Of a stretch of DNA of 64,000 nucleotides, positions 55,017-64,000 are shown piece by piece. The notes below the pieces were generated by a model. The model was not told where the DNA came from and did no database searches. It saw only the letters and a program-made list of their open reading frames with translations. Every line of letters begins with the position of its first letter. Position 1 is the first letter of the stretch. The position numbers and the translations under genes are program-made. Source of the DNA: a virus (taxonomy: Duplodnaviria; Caudoviricetes); the IMG/VR virus record IMGVR_UViG_3300044611_001018; one strand, 5' to 3'.

Positions 55017-55471
55017 GTGAACAGTCTCCAGTAAGTTCCTTCCCAAATTAACTCAACATACGCACCAGCCAAATCACAGTTTAAAAATGTATCAATGAAC
55101 CCAGTGCCGTCCTTAATTAAGTCACTGCCTTGAGCATTTACTGTAAGATTATTTAGATTCCAAGTGTATTTGGAGTCTGCTATATGAATAGTATCTCCAA
55201 CAAATCGGAGAGTGGGTAAGTATACCGAAAAAGGACCGCTTGATGTATCAGAAAAATATTTAATATTTGTTCTTAATGTATCTCCATTATTACTAGAATT
55301 AAGAGTTGTTAATCTAGATTTTTGGATTTCAGTGCCAGATAACGTAAGTCCATCATGAACTCTAATTGTACCTTTATCAGTATCGAATGTGACTTCAGCT
55401 AATGCACCAGTAAATGACGAATGTTCAAGCTCTGTCCCTTTACGTAATTGTACCCGTTTGGTATTAGACAT
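55013..55471 (-). CDS. Virion protein with a major-tropism-determinant N-terminal-like domain
   Basis: VQLRKGT..EH..FTGA.AE.T.DTDK.T.RVHDG.T..G. Confidence 0.7.
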   Translation of the reverse strand: MSNTKRVQLRKGTELEHSSFTGALAEVTFDTDKGTIRVHDGLTLSGTEIQKSRLTTLNSSNNGDTLRTNIKYFSDTSSGPFSVYLPTLRFVGDTIHIADSKYTWNLNNLTVNAQGSDLIKDGTGFIDTFLNCDLAGAYVELIWEGTYWRLFT

Positions 55472-55511
55472 TAAAGAGATGTTAATAATGCACTTATCTT
55501 TATTTATCAGT

Positions 55512-58500
55512 TTAAATAACTACGATTCTAGTAGGTTGTGGTCTTTCAAATTCAACGTATCTTGACTTAGTATTTGCTGGCAGAATATCAATGAGACCTT
55601 CAGCAATATGAGGTGCAGGAGTAAAGGATTCTGCCTTAGTTCCACTAAACTTAACAACTGGTCCTTGTGGGAATGTTCTGAGGCGGAAGACAGTAATACC
55701 TCTGGAAATATCTCCTGGAATTCCTGGGTTGCTGAGACCAACTCTGATTTGTCCAACACCAACATTGGAACCAATAAATCTGACAATTGGGGTTCCAGTA
55801 ACCGTGAAGAGAGTATACTTGACTTCTGTATTTGATTTGCTTTCGGATGCACCAACAAATCCAAAGATACTGCCAGATCCAGTTTGTGGAACAGTGATAG
55901 AATCTTTGCCTGTTCCGCGAACAGTAAATAGGTTCTGAAGATTTGGTGGAATAACAACTCTGGATTCTGTTGTGCTTGAGAATCCAAAGAGTCCACCAGA
56001 ACCAAGATGTGCGAATGTAGATCTCTCGACCAGAGACCCATTGATATCCAGACCAGGAGTTCCAGATCCAACTTCCGAATTTGTTTCTCTTTCTTGTAAT
56101 TTACCAGTAATTTTGAAGAGAAGTGTTTCGTCTGGTGGATTAACAACTCTAGATTCTGTTGTGCTAGAGAATCCAAAGAGAGATCCTGTTCCAACATGAG
56201 GAGCAGGGGATACTCTTTCAGAAAGTTTTCCAGAGAATTTAAATAGAGTTGTGAATGTCTCAGATACAACTTTTGTCTCGGTAAAGGAGACATATGTAAA
56301 TAGTGATCCTCTTCCAACTTCACTATTAACATCCTTCTCTTTAGCATTACCAGTGAATGTGAATAGAGTTGTTTTATCTGGTGGATTAACAACTCTAGAT
56401 TCTGTTGCACTAGAGAATCCAAAGAGAGATCCACTACCAGTATAATTACCTTTGGTAAGAGACTCTGTTGCATTACCATGAATTTCAACTGGTTGTAATC
56501 CAACAGGATTTCCACTAAGACTAAATCTAACAAGATTCCCATTATCACCATAGAATCTTGCCTGTACAAACTTCTCTTCAGAGAATGTAAGCAATGGAGT
56601 GTCAACTCCACCAACGACATTAAATAGAGTGAAGTTGTCTGGTGGATTTGAACCAACTGCCTCTGCTGCACCAACATAACCAAATAGTGATCCAGACCCA
56701 GCAGGAATCCATGGAGTAAATGATTCTGGTGAAATTCTGACACCAGAAGACCGAATGAATATTTCTCCAGATCCCAAATGTTTTGGAAGAACATATACTG
56801 AAGCATTGCCAAGAATTCTAAGTTGAGATTCATTGGTTGTTTGCCAAGCAAATCTTGCTTTAATATTAGTAGCAGAACCAGAGAAATTAAATAGAACCTT
56901 TTTACTGGATTCAGATACTGCCTTTGTTTCGGTAAAGGAGACGTAACTGAAGAGTGAACCAGATCCAATTTCAGTAGTTGGAGTTGTGGATTCAAATCCT
57001 CTACCAGAAATATTAATCGTACCTTCAGCAATAAAGATACGGGTACGTGATGGGTCAGTCTCGGAGAACTTAAAGAGAGAACCAGAACCATTCCAAGCAG
57101 CAGTAAACTTAAGATCAGATACTTGTTCGTTAATTCCACTAAGAACAAGTCCACCACTAATATTAAATAGAGGATCTACTTTACCTGGAGTAAATGCAGT
57201 TGTCTCGGTAAAGGAGACATAACTGAAGAGTGAACCAGTTCCAATCTCAGTTGCAGGAGTTGTAGACTCTGCTGCATTTCCAGCAAACCTGAATATACCA
57301 ACTGATTCTGATTCAACACCAATAGATTCTGCTGCTCCAGTGAATCCAAATATACGTCCACTACCAACATACACATTGGTACGAGATTCATCAACACCAT
57401 TATGGAACTTAAATTTACCTTGAGGTTCAAGGCAATCATCTGGGTAGAGATTACCATAATCTTCATGGTTGTATTGATAGTATTCACCAATTGCACCATA
57501 ATCTATTAAATCATAAGATATATCAGAAATGAATCCATAATCATCACCATCACATGCACCAAATCCAGAGTCTTCATTATAAGAGAAAGTAATTGATTCT
57601 CCAGCACCATCAAATCCAAATAGTGTGCCACTTCCAACTTCAACAAATGTAGATTTCTCTTCTAACTTACCTGTAATATTAAAGAGTTCGCCAAATCCAT
57701 CTCTAACAAGTCTTGTCTCAGTTGTGCTTGAATAACCAAAGAGAGTTCCAGATGCATCATAGTTACCCTTACCAAATTTCTCAACAAGTTCACCTGCAAA
57801 GGAGAAGATACGTTGTTGAGAATAATCAATTGGTGGTTGAACAAGAGTTGTCTCTGTTGAAGCATCAAATCCAAATAGAGATCCTGTTCCAACTTCAGAA
57901 TTGGTTCTACTATCAGTTGTCGAGGATGTGATATTAATAAGATCACCTTTGGAGGTGAACTTAGGAAGAACATAAATCTTGGCACTACCACGAAGCAGAA
58001 GATGAGTTTCTTCAAGATTACCAATAAAGGTTCTGGATCTTGGGGTGCTAGTAAAGCTATAGAATCTTGCAAGACCAAATGGTGTTCTAGTCTCTCTAGG
58101 ATCAAGAATACCAAAATCTTCAACTTCCCATGGGAATTCTAAATCTTGATTACCAATGAATCCATAATCTTCAGATAGGGTTACAGTATCTGTAATGTAA
58201 CCATAGTCAATTCCTTCAACATTAACAATTGAAGATTCATTATAAGCATATGCCCTTCTATTAATTTCAACGTTGCGGAAGGTGAATACTCTATCAACTT
58301 GATTAAAGATGACGGTGTAAACTGCACCACCTCTAACCAAAATATCATTTTCACTAACTCCAACTTCACTACGACCAGCTTTAAATGTTGTGGTACTATT
58401 AATACTAAAGAGTTTGGCAGTTGCAGATTCACTAACAATTGAAGTTTCTGTAGCACTACTTAATCCAAATAGAGATCCTCCACGGAATCTTGGTGGATAG

Positions 58501-59477
58501 AAGTCCCATCCACCATCCGCCTTATAGTGCATCCTGATTTGGACACGAGGCGTACCTTCAAGACTAATTTTACCAACACCATTAATTTTTGGTGTTGAAT
58601 AATCTTTTGCAGTTCCGAGCAGTCTTGGTTGTTTGTTACCAACCGATCCTTCATAATTTGCGAATATAAATTTCTCTTCTGCACTACCAGCAAATCTAGA
58701 TCTACCATAGACTTTGGTGGTAGTATTCTCTGTAATAAGGCCCCAATCCTCAATATTGGAGTAATCCCATACAGGAATATCCTGAAGATCTGTAATTAAA
58801 CCATAATCTTCACTTCTAAGAACTGGCTCTGTAAGGAATCCCCAATCATCAGAACCAAAGTCTATATCATCACTTTGATCGTATTGGTAAGTTCTCTTCT
58901 CCTCTGCCTCACCAATAAAGTTAAATACTCTATCTTGTGGATTAAATATAACTTGCTCTACACCTTCTCCAGATATTTTTAAATGGAGGGTAGATGCTGG
59001 TGGTGTTGCGGATACAACATCTATTCCCTCCGATTCAACTGTAGATAGATTTCCTCTACCCAACCAGGAAGAGGAAATCTTATTATATGCTTCCCCCTGG
59101 AAGTCAAAGACCCTATTAATTGGACTGAAGAATACTGTTGTTATTGCTCTTCCATACAATGCAAATTCAACACCGCCAACACTTATCCTTGTGGTGCTAT
59201 CATTTGCTGCTAAGTGAATACCAAATTTACCCATTGGTACTCTTGCAGTATCCAATGTAATAGTTCCAAAGTCTTGAATTTGATAGTATTGTTCAATAGT
59301 AGCAGTAATTTCTCCGTAATCTTCTGCTTCTATTACAGCATCAACAATACTACCATAATCAAGTTCTTCATAATTAACAATAGAAAATTGGCTATACGAG
59401 TACACCGCCCTCTGGGAACTCAGTTTATTCCCTAAAGAGCGCAGGCTTCCTATTCCCTCGTATTGGAATAATGCCAT
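55512..59477 (-). CDS. Highly repetitive virion protein (1321 aa)
   Basis: ~41-aa G.GSLF repeats plus acidic DYG clusters. Confidence 0.75.
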   Translation of the reverse strand: MALFQYEGIGSLRSLGNKLSSQRAVYSYSQFSIVNYEELDYGSIVDAVIEAEDYGEITATIEQYYQIQDFGTITLDTARVPMGKFGIHLAANDSTTRISVGGVEFALYGRAITTVFFSPINRVFDFQGEAYNKISSSWLGRGNLSTVESEGIDVVSATPPASTLHLKISGEGVEQVIFNPQDRVFNFIGEAEEKRTYQYDQSDDIDFGSDDWGFLTEPVLRSEDYGLITDLQDIPVWDYSNIEDWGLITENTTTKVYGRSRFAGSAEEKFIFANYEGSVGNKQPRLLGTAKDYSTPKINGVGKISLEGTPRVQIRMHYKADGGWDFYPPRFRGGSLFGLSSATETSIVSESATAKLFSINSTTTFKAGRSEVGVSENDILVRGGAVYTVIFNQVDRVFTFRNVEINRRAYAYNESSIVNVEGIDYGYITDTVTLSEDYGFIGNQDLEFPWEVEDFGILDPRETRTPFGLARFYSFTSTPRSRTFIGNLEETHLLLRGSAKIYVLPKFTSKGDLINITSSTTDSRTNSEVGTGSLFGFDASTETTLVQPPIDYSQQRIFSFAGELVEKFGKGNYDASGTLFGYSSTTETRLVRDGFGELFNITGKLEEKSTFVEVGSGTLFGFDGAGESITFSYNEDSGFGACDGDDYGFISDISYDLIDYGAIGEYYQYNHEDYGNLYPDDCLEPQGKFKFHNGVDESRTNVYVGSGRIFGFTGAAESIGVESESVGIFRFAGNAAESTTPATEIGTGSLFSYVSFTETTAFTPGKVDPLFNISGGLVLSGINEQVSDLKFTAAWNGSGSLFKFSETDPSRTRIFIAEGTINISGRGFESTTPTTEIGSGSLFSYVSFTETKAVSESSKKVLFNFSGSATNIKARFAWQTTNESQLRILGNASVYVLPKHLGSGEIFIRSSGVRISPESFTPWIPAGSGSLFGYVGAAEAVGSNPPDNFTLFNVVGGVDTPLLTFSEEKFVQARFYGDNGNLVRFSLSGNPVGLQPVEIHGNATESLTKGNYTGSGSLFGFSSATESRVVNPPDKTTLFTFTGNAKEKDVNSEVGRGSLFTYVSFTETKVVSETFTTLFKFSGKLSERVSPAPHVGTGSLFGFSSTTESRVVNPPDETLLFKITGKLQERETNSEVGSGTPGLDINGSLVERSTFAHLGSGGLFGFSSTTESRVVIPPNLQNLFTVRGTGKDSITVPQTGSGSIFGFVGASESKSNTEVKYTLFTVTGTPIVRFIGSNVGVGQIRVGLSNPGIPGDISRGITVFRLRTFPQGPVVKFSGTKAESFTPAPHIAEGLIDILPANTKSRYVEFERPQPTRIVVI
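55944..57240 (-). repeat. Intragenic near-identical direct repeats
   Basis: For example, 56131-56186 versus 56377-56432 (31 + 22 identical nt, 246 nt apart); (t/g)t(c/t)tcggtaaaggagac recurs near 56274, 56926 and 57201. Confidence 0.8.
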
Positions 59478-59531
59478 ACTCTTACTTTTATTTTATTTAT
59501 TGTGAAGACTGTATAACAATTCTTATCTCTT

Positions 59532-59567
59532 AAAAAAATAGGAGGGATCGCCAAAAGCAACCCCCCC
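59532..59567 (-). terminator. Intrinsic terminator
   Basis: GGGGGGGTTGC-TTTTG-GCGATCCCTCC followed by TATTTTTTT. Confidence 0.75.
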
Positions 59568-59593
59568 ATAATAAAGTATAGACCTTGAATAAA

Positions 59594-60979
59594 TCAGTCG
59601 AGGCTGACGTTCAGAGTAACTTTGATTTGGTCACCATTGTTCTGAATGTTGTAAGGACCATTTGTAAATCTCTCAGCAAAGAAGATGCTGCTGTAGAGAG
59701 TTGCACTTCCAATACCAGTCAGAGCAGGTACAGTGCTGAATGTGCTTGTGCTTGGTACTTGGTGAATGGTATAGGTTCCAGAAGTTGTGGTGGTGTTAGC
59801 AGCACCAGCAGCAATGTAAACAATATCACCTTCTACCAATCCATGGGTAGTTCCAGCAGTGCTAACTTGAGCATAGTTGAAGTATACTGTGTTACCAGTT
59901 GCAGACTGAATGTTGTTTAACAGAGTGCTGCTTAGATATACAATTCCAGTTCTCTCATCAATACCAGTAATAGTTGTACCTGCAGGGATAGCAGCAGTCT
60001 CACCAGCAAGGTTGCCGTGAGTAACACCCATACCTACACAGATATTTTCTGTGATTTCTTGGAAGAATGTAGCAACACCAGATACTGCACCAGTATTCTT
60101 TCTATCAAGAACGATTGTGGTGGTATTCATAATACCAACAACTCTTGCTCCATCAGCAATGTTAGTACCAATTACTCTTTGTCTGGTATTAATGCCGACA
60201 TTGCTAGATACAGTTAGAGTAAATTCCGAACCAACACCAGATACAGTTGGAGTGTAGCTAAATGGGAACAAAGTTACATAAGTCTGTCCAATAGTACCAC
60301 TAGTCTGAGACTTAGCAATAGTAGTTGCAGTACTAACATTAACTGCATGAAGAACACCATTCAGGGAGATTGGAAGATTGTTCGATCTTACCAAGTAGTA
60401 TCCGTAAATATTGTTAGCAGCAGAAGTGAATGTAAATGTCTGCTCAGGATATGATGCAGTGGTTGTACCAACACCAAATGTTAATGATTGGTTAGAGAAG
60501 GTAGAGGCGTTCTTAACAGTAAGAACAAGAGTGTTGCCATCAATAGCAGCAACAACTGCATTGGTTCCAACTCCACCACCACTTACATAATGACCAACCG
60601 CAATATTGGAAACAGATGCTACGGTAATTGTATATTCGTTAATATTACCACTTCCAGTTGTAGTGGCAATTGCAGATAGAATGGTTCTTACATTCCACTG
60701 ACTTCCATTTAAAAGAATTCCATACTGTCTGGTATAATCTTCGTCATTTCTTGCGTTGATAACTGGAGGATATCCAGTTGAAGGTGCAGTACCATATCCT
60801 ACCAGTCCAGTAGAATCATATGGTTCAAAATACTTGGTTTGTGATGGAACGTCAGTCTCAACTGGAACTGTATTTGAAGTGTACAGTTTAAGAATTAAGT
60901 TCCTTGGAATATTGCGATTTGAATTAACAAGGTATCTTAGCGACTGAAGTTCACCTGCGTCGGATACTAATAAAGCCAT
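59594..60979 (-). CDS. Virion structural protein
   Basis: MALLV...LILKLY.SN..P.E.D at the N-terminus and ERF..GPY.I.N.GD.IKVT at the C-terminus; T/G-rich insert. Confidence 0.7.
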   Translation of the reverse strand: MALLVSDAGELQSLRYLVNSNRNIPRNLILKLYTSNTVPVETDVPSQTKYFEPYDSTGLVGYGTAPSTGYPPVINARNDEDYTRQYGILLNGSQWNVRTILSAIATTTGSGNINEYTITVASVSNIAVGHYVSGGGVGTNAVVAAIDGNTLVLTVKNASTFSNQSLTFGVGTTTASYPEQTFTFTSAANNIYGYYLVRSNNLPISLNGVLHAVNVSTATTIAKSQTSGTIGQTYVTLFPFSYTPTVSGVGSEFTLTVSSNVGINTRQRVIGTNIADGARVVGIMNTTTIVLDRKNTGAVSGVATFFQEITENICVGMGVTHGNLAGETAAIPAGTTITGIDERTGIVYLSSTLLNNIQSATGNTVYFNYAQVSTAGTTHGLVEGDIVYIAAGAANTTTTSGTYTIHQVPSTSTFSTVPALTGIGSATLYSSIFFAERFTNGPYNIQNNGDQIKVTLNVSLD

Positions 60980-61020
60980 GTGAGCGGACTCCGTTTAATT
61001 GACATTTGCTTCCTATCAGT

Positions 61021-61028
61021 TATTTATA
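61021..61028 (-). promoter_or_regulatory. T4-type late promoter TATAAATA
   Basis: Exact motif 42 nt upstream of the 60979 start. Confidence 0.7.
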
Positions 61029-61047
61029 CAAAAGTATACTTTTTATT

Positions 61048-61812
61048 TTAGATGTTTAACCTTAAAAATAAAGAGCATTTTGTAATTCCTGTACATGAAA
61101 TAACTCTAAAATCAAGTATATCTCCAGCAACAACATCAGTTGCCCATGTTGAAAGAGATTCATCTCTATTTTTTGATTGATTAATCAACCTAGGATATTC
61201 ACTTCCAACAATTGAGGTTAAATTGTCTGGATATGTATTGTATTGGTCTTTTCTAATGTCTATAACAATAGACCCTGTTTCTTCAGATACTATTGTCCAC
61301 GACTCAATTCTTCCAGATACATCCAATCCAAGAGATCCTTTTACTCCTGGAGTAATATCAAATGATCCATTATCCAAAACAAAATTAATTGTCCTAGTAA
61401 GATCAGCAACTGTTCTAAGAGCAACTCCCCAAAATTCATTAGACCCACCAACATTTGCTGCTGGAGGATTGGTAAAAATTATGGTGCTTCCAGAAACATT
61501 ATAGTCTATTCCTGGACTTAGAATAGTATCATTTAAAGATATAATTAATTGTTGAGCATTAATTGGGGTATATGATTCACCATTTACAGTTAAATTAAAT
61601 GTATTTCTTGACCCATTAAATTCTGATGATATATCATCTAGAATAAGATTTGTATACTGAACACTTTTTGAAGGTATCTCAAAATTAACCCCAATCCTGT
61701 AATCGGGACTTCCAATACTCGCATCTTGTCCATTATCTAGAGTAATTATATAATCTTCTCTAGCAATACTTATTCCTTGGTCTTCATCTAAAGTAATTGT
61801 ATAATCAGACAT
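61048..61812 (-). CDS. Virion structural protein
   Basis: LDDISS.FNG.R.TF.L...QLIISLN...Q/SPG.DY; C-terminal GSIVIDI...L..W..GD domain. Confidence 0.65.
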   Translation of the reverse strand: MSDYTITLDEDQGISIAREDYIITLDNGQDASIGSPDYRIGVNFEIPSKSVQYTNLILDDISSEFNGSRNTFNLTVNGESYTPINAQQLIISLNDTILSPGIDYNVSGSTIIFTNPPAANVGGSNEFWGVALRTVADLTRTINFVLDNGSFDITPGVKGSLGLDVSGRIESWTIVSEETGSIVIDIRKDQYNTYPDNLTSIVGSEYPRLINQSKNRDESLSTWATDVVAGDILDFRVISCTGITKCSLFLRLNI

Positions 61813-62147
61813 TAGAAACTAACTCCTGGATGAACTAATACCATACCAGCAATTACTTTTGTTTTTGTTCCATTAGAAGATTCAATAAACACATCATATA
61901 CGTACCTACCTTCTGGAATAGTTGCAGTTATTGCATCTGACATACCAATGGAAATCTTACCCTGTACTCTATCAACAAAGGTAATACTAAAAGAGTAACT
62001 TCTAGTAGAGGTATGATGTTTTCTCATTTCACTAGAAGCAGTATAACCCAACAAGTTAAGTGGGGTTAAATCTTTATTCCTTACTGTAAAATTTACATTA
62101 AAATCTGCCCCTTGTTCTAGAGTAAGGTTCAAAGGTACTGCTGCCAT
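61812..62147 (-). CDS. Small virion protein (BppU-like beta-sandwich)
   Basis: NL.LEQGADF...LNL.GYTA...GRYVYDV.I...G.K..V..G.V.V.PGV. Confidence 0.6.
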   Translation of the reverse strand: MAAVPLNLTLEQGADFNVNFTVRNKDLTPLNLLGYTASSEMRKHHTSTRSYSFSITFVDRVQGKISIGMSDAITATIPEGRYVYDVFIESSNGTKTKVIAGMVLVHPGVSF

Positions 62148-62175
62148 TTATATTACCTTTAGGGTCTCAATATAT

Positions 62176-62340
62176 TTATCTAGCATACTCATCAAGTTTA
62201 TCTAATACCTTATTTAAATAATGATGAGCTAACCACTTTGGGTCGTATCCAGATTTATTCATCCATTCCTTATCTAACTCTAATTTTAATTTAAGAATCT
62301 CACATTTTATAATGTCTTTAGTTACGTTTCCTCTAGGCAT
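62176..62340 (-). CDS. Small hypothetical protein
   Basis: MPRGNVTKDIIKCEILKLK..L...K.LAH.YLN.VLD. Confidence 0.65.
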   Translation of the reverse strand: MPRGNVTKDIIKCEILKLKLELDKEWMNKSGYDPKWLAHHYLNKVLDKLDEYAR

Positions 62341-62458
62341 AAGCGTTATTAACTCCCCAATATGCAAATAGTAAAATTAAAGAAAAAATAATAAAAAAAG
62401 AAATCCAAGTTGACTGTGTTGGCATAATCAATTCATTGCTGCTCTCTATTTTATACAT
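62333..62458 (-). CDS. Possible small membrane peptide
   Basis: ...MPTQSTWISFFIIFSLILLFAYWGVNNAYA*; start uncertain (62458 or 62425). Confidence 0.4.
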   Translation of the reverse strand: MYKIESSNELIMPTQSTWISFFIIFSLILLFAYWGVNNAYA

Positions 62459-62536
62459 TAATGTTCTTTACAACATGATTTGTGTTTTGATTTCAAAATT
62501 AATGTTATAATTATAGAATATATTTAATTATATCCG

Positions 62537-63154
62537 ATGACGCTATTTGTTAAAGACAACATTAAAGCATTTCATGTCCATATTCCAAGGACTGGTGGGA
62601 GATTTATAACTCAAACACTCGTTCACAATAACTATGAAGTCTTGCATTGTAGCGACGATTTACATTTATATGGAATAGAGTGTTTTCATTTACATTATCC
62701 ATTATATGAATACCTAGAGGATGTTGCAGAATCCATTCAGTTTGCAGTAATAAGAAATCCAATAGATAGGTTTAAATCAGAATTTTCTAATGTTGCTATT
62801 AAAAGAGGATATGGTAAAGAAGATTTAGATCAATTAGAAGATTATGATGGGTTTTGTTATTGGATTGAATATGAGCGTATGACTAGTCATTATGCTAAAA
62901 ATTGGTTTAGACCACAACATGAATTCATTGGTCCAAACACTTTAATATGGAGATTTGAAAATGGTCTAACAAAAAATTTTAGATCTTGGTATTATGAATT
63001 AACTAGAGATGTTCTAGAAGATAAAGAATATTCTTATTGGGGAGACGAAGATACAGAATTAAATCCGAAAAGAAAAGAATATTCAATGACAAAAAATATT
63101 GTGAAGAATATAGAAGAATATTACAAAAAAGATTTTGAAGTATTTAGTTATTAG
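62537..63154 (+). CDS. Sulfotransferase family 2-like protein
   Basis: HVHIPRTGG (5'-PSB-like), VIRNPIDRFKS (3'-PB-like), FRPQ.EF. Confidence 0.75.
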   Translation: MTLFVKDNIKAFHVHIPRTGGRFITQTLVHNNYEVLHCSDDLHLYGIECFHLHYPLYEYLEDVAESIQFAVIRNPIDRFKSEFSNVAIKRGYGKEDLDQLEDYDGFCYWIEYERMTSHYAKNWFRPQHEFIGPNTLIWRFENGLTKNFRSWYYELTRDVLEDKEYSYWGDEDTELNPKRKEYSMTKNIVKNIEEYYKKDFEVFSY

Positions 63155-63251
63155 TTTTTTTCTTGGGTTCTTTTTTTGATGGTCGATACAATTGGGGCCA
63201 AGTGTCTCTAACAATTTCTGCTAGTTTATAAGGGGTTTCTGAACTAATCAT
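63144..63251 (-). CDS. Small hypothetical protein (35 aa)
   Basis: MISSETPYKLAEIVRDTWPQLYRP...; begins 1 nt after the gnd stop. Confidence 0.55.
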   Translation of the reverse strand: MISSETPYKLAEIVRDTWPQLYRPSKKEPKKKTNN

Positions 63252-63252
63252 T

Positions 63253-64000
63253 TTATCTAACGTGGTGTCCTCCAAACATGTAACGCATTCCATTTAGGAT
63301 TTTTGCTCCGAACGATCCGAGATTGCGTGAGTTAAATCTTTCAAATAGGGCAGTAGTAATGACAGGAGCGGGAATCCCCAGATCCACAGCGGCAGAAACA
63401 GTCCAACGACCCTCACCGCTGTCGGATACGCCTCCAGAGAACTGTTTAAGGACACCATCCCTGCGTAACACATCAGCAGTAAGGTCAAGTAACCAAGACC
63501 CAACCACGCTACCACGACGCCATAACTCAGCAACCTCAGCAACGTCAATATCATAGCAGTAACTTTCTGGATCCGCCATAGGGGCAACCTCTGCATCTCC
63601 TTCTCTGACATACTGGGCACCTGCATTAGCGTTCTTGATGATGTTAAATCCTTCTGCGTATGCTTGCATAATACCATACTCAATACCATTATGCACCATC
63701 TTTACAAAGTGTCCTGCACCAGGACCACCACAATGCAACCAACCATGTTCTGCAGAGGTTATGTCTGAGTCAAATTGAGTCCTGGGGGCAGCGTCAATTC
63801 CTGGGGAGAGGGCATCAAAAATGCGCGAACAAGTGGCGACTGCAATATTTCCACCCCCAACCATAAGACAGTATCCACGATCCAAACCATAAACACCACC
63901 GCTAGTGCCACAATCAATATATTGGATACCCAGTTTTGCCAGACGTTCTGCTCTCTTCCGACTGTCTTTAAAATTGCTATTGCCATGATCAATAATAATA
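63253..64000 (-). CDS. gnd: 6-phosphogluconate dehydrogenase (short, phage type); 5' end outside the window
   Basis: IIDHGNSNF.D...DCGTSGGV.G...LMVGG...GAGHFVKMVHNGIEYG.MQAYAEG...DSGEGRWT...R..FGGH; frame open to 64000. Confidence 0.97.
   Translation of the reverse strand, partial: IIIDHGNSNFKDSRKRAERLAKLGIQYIDCGTSGGVYGLDRGYCLMVGGGNIAVATCSRIFDALSPGIDAAPRTQFDSDITSAEHGWLHCGGPGAGHFVKMVHNGIEYGIMQAYAEGFNIIKNANAGAQYVREGDAEVAPMADPESYCYDIDVAEVAELWRRGSVVGSWLLDLTADVLRRDGVLKQFSGGVSDSGEGRWTVSAAVDLGIPAPVITTALFERFNSRNLGSFGAKILNGMRYMFGGHHVR

Noticed and set aside
55013-55471. Possible diversity-generating retroelement (Mtd-like N-terminus)
   Set aside because: No reverse transcriptase, Avd or adenine-only-variant template/variable repeat pair seen; only the Mtd N-terminal anchor domain is present.
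55520-57157. 545-aa alternative-frame ORF inside the 1321-aa gene
   Set aside because: Leu-rich, with no recognisable motifs; expected from the biased, repetitive codons of the main frame.
55944-57240. CRISPR-like array
   Set aside because: Repeats are in-frame coding units with imperfect, related spacers; no cas genes.
8832-63992. Many short opposite-strand or off-frame ORFs in the track (e.g. 8832, 24940, 45368, 63294, 63323)
   Set aside because: They lie inside well-supported genes and have no motifs; treated as shadow ORFs.
1-64000. Stop-codon reassignment
   Set aside because: Long core genes are intact under the standard code, and TAA, TAG and TGA all occur as genuine stops.

Overview
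About 64 kb of a T4-like cyanobacterial myophage genome (cyanomyovirus type). It is AT-rich and mostly minus-strand, and both edge genes are truncated. Core modules: (i) baseplate/tail genes (gp5, gp27-like, gp29-like, gp51, gp26, gp54-like, gp4, gp2-like, gp48, gp53); (ii) replication and late-transcription genes (gp32, gp59, gp33, exonuclease, phoH, thyX); (iii) a block of large tail-fibre/virion proteins at 47.5-62 kb. It also carries three tRNAs and cyanophage auxiliary genes (cp12, gnd, speD, glutaredoxin, a ferredoxin-dependent bilin reductase). Four things stand out. (1) Tandem glutamine-riboswitch-like aptamers at 32.1-32.3 kb; the second has an intact 50-codon ORF inside its P2 loop, with the start codon in the 5' arm and the stop codon in the 3' conserved strand. 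They sit upstream of a DUF4278-type peptide, with a candidate NtcA box nearby. (2) A sugar-building and tailoring set: ADP-heptose enzymes, a GT9-like transferase, four carbamoyltransferase loci (one split in reversed domain order, one orphan half), two sulfotransferases and six Fe/2OG-like oxygenases. Its core lies directly downstream of three ~10%-Cys tail-type paralogues. (3) An Fe/2OG enzyme with H-Q-G instead of H-x-D, the signature of radical halogenases. (4) A gp53 baseplate wedge with a ~580-aa insertion. All family assignments come from motif recognition by eye; no database searches were run.
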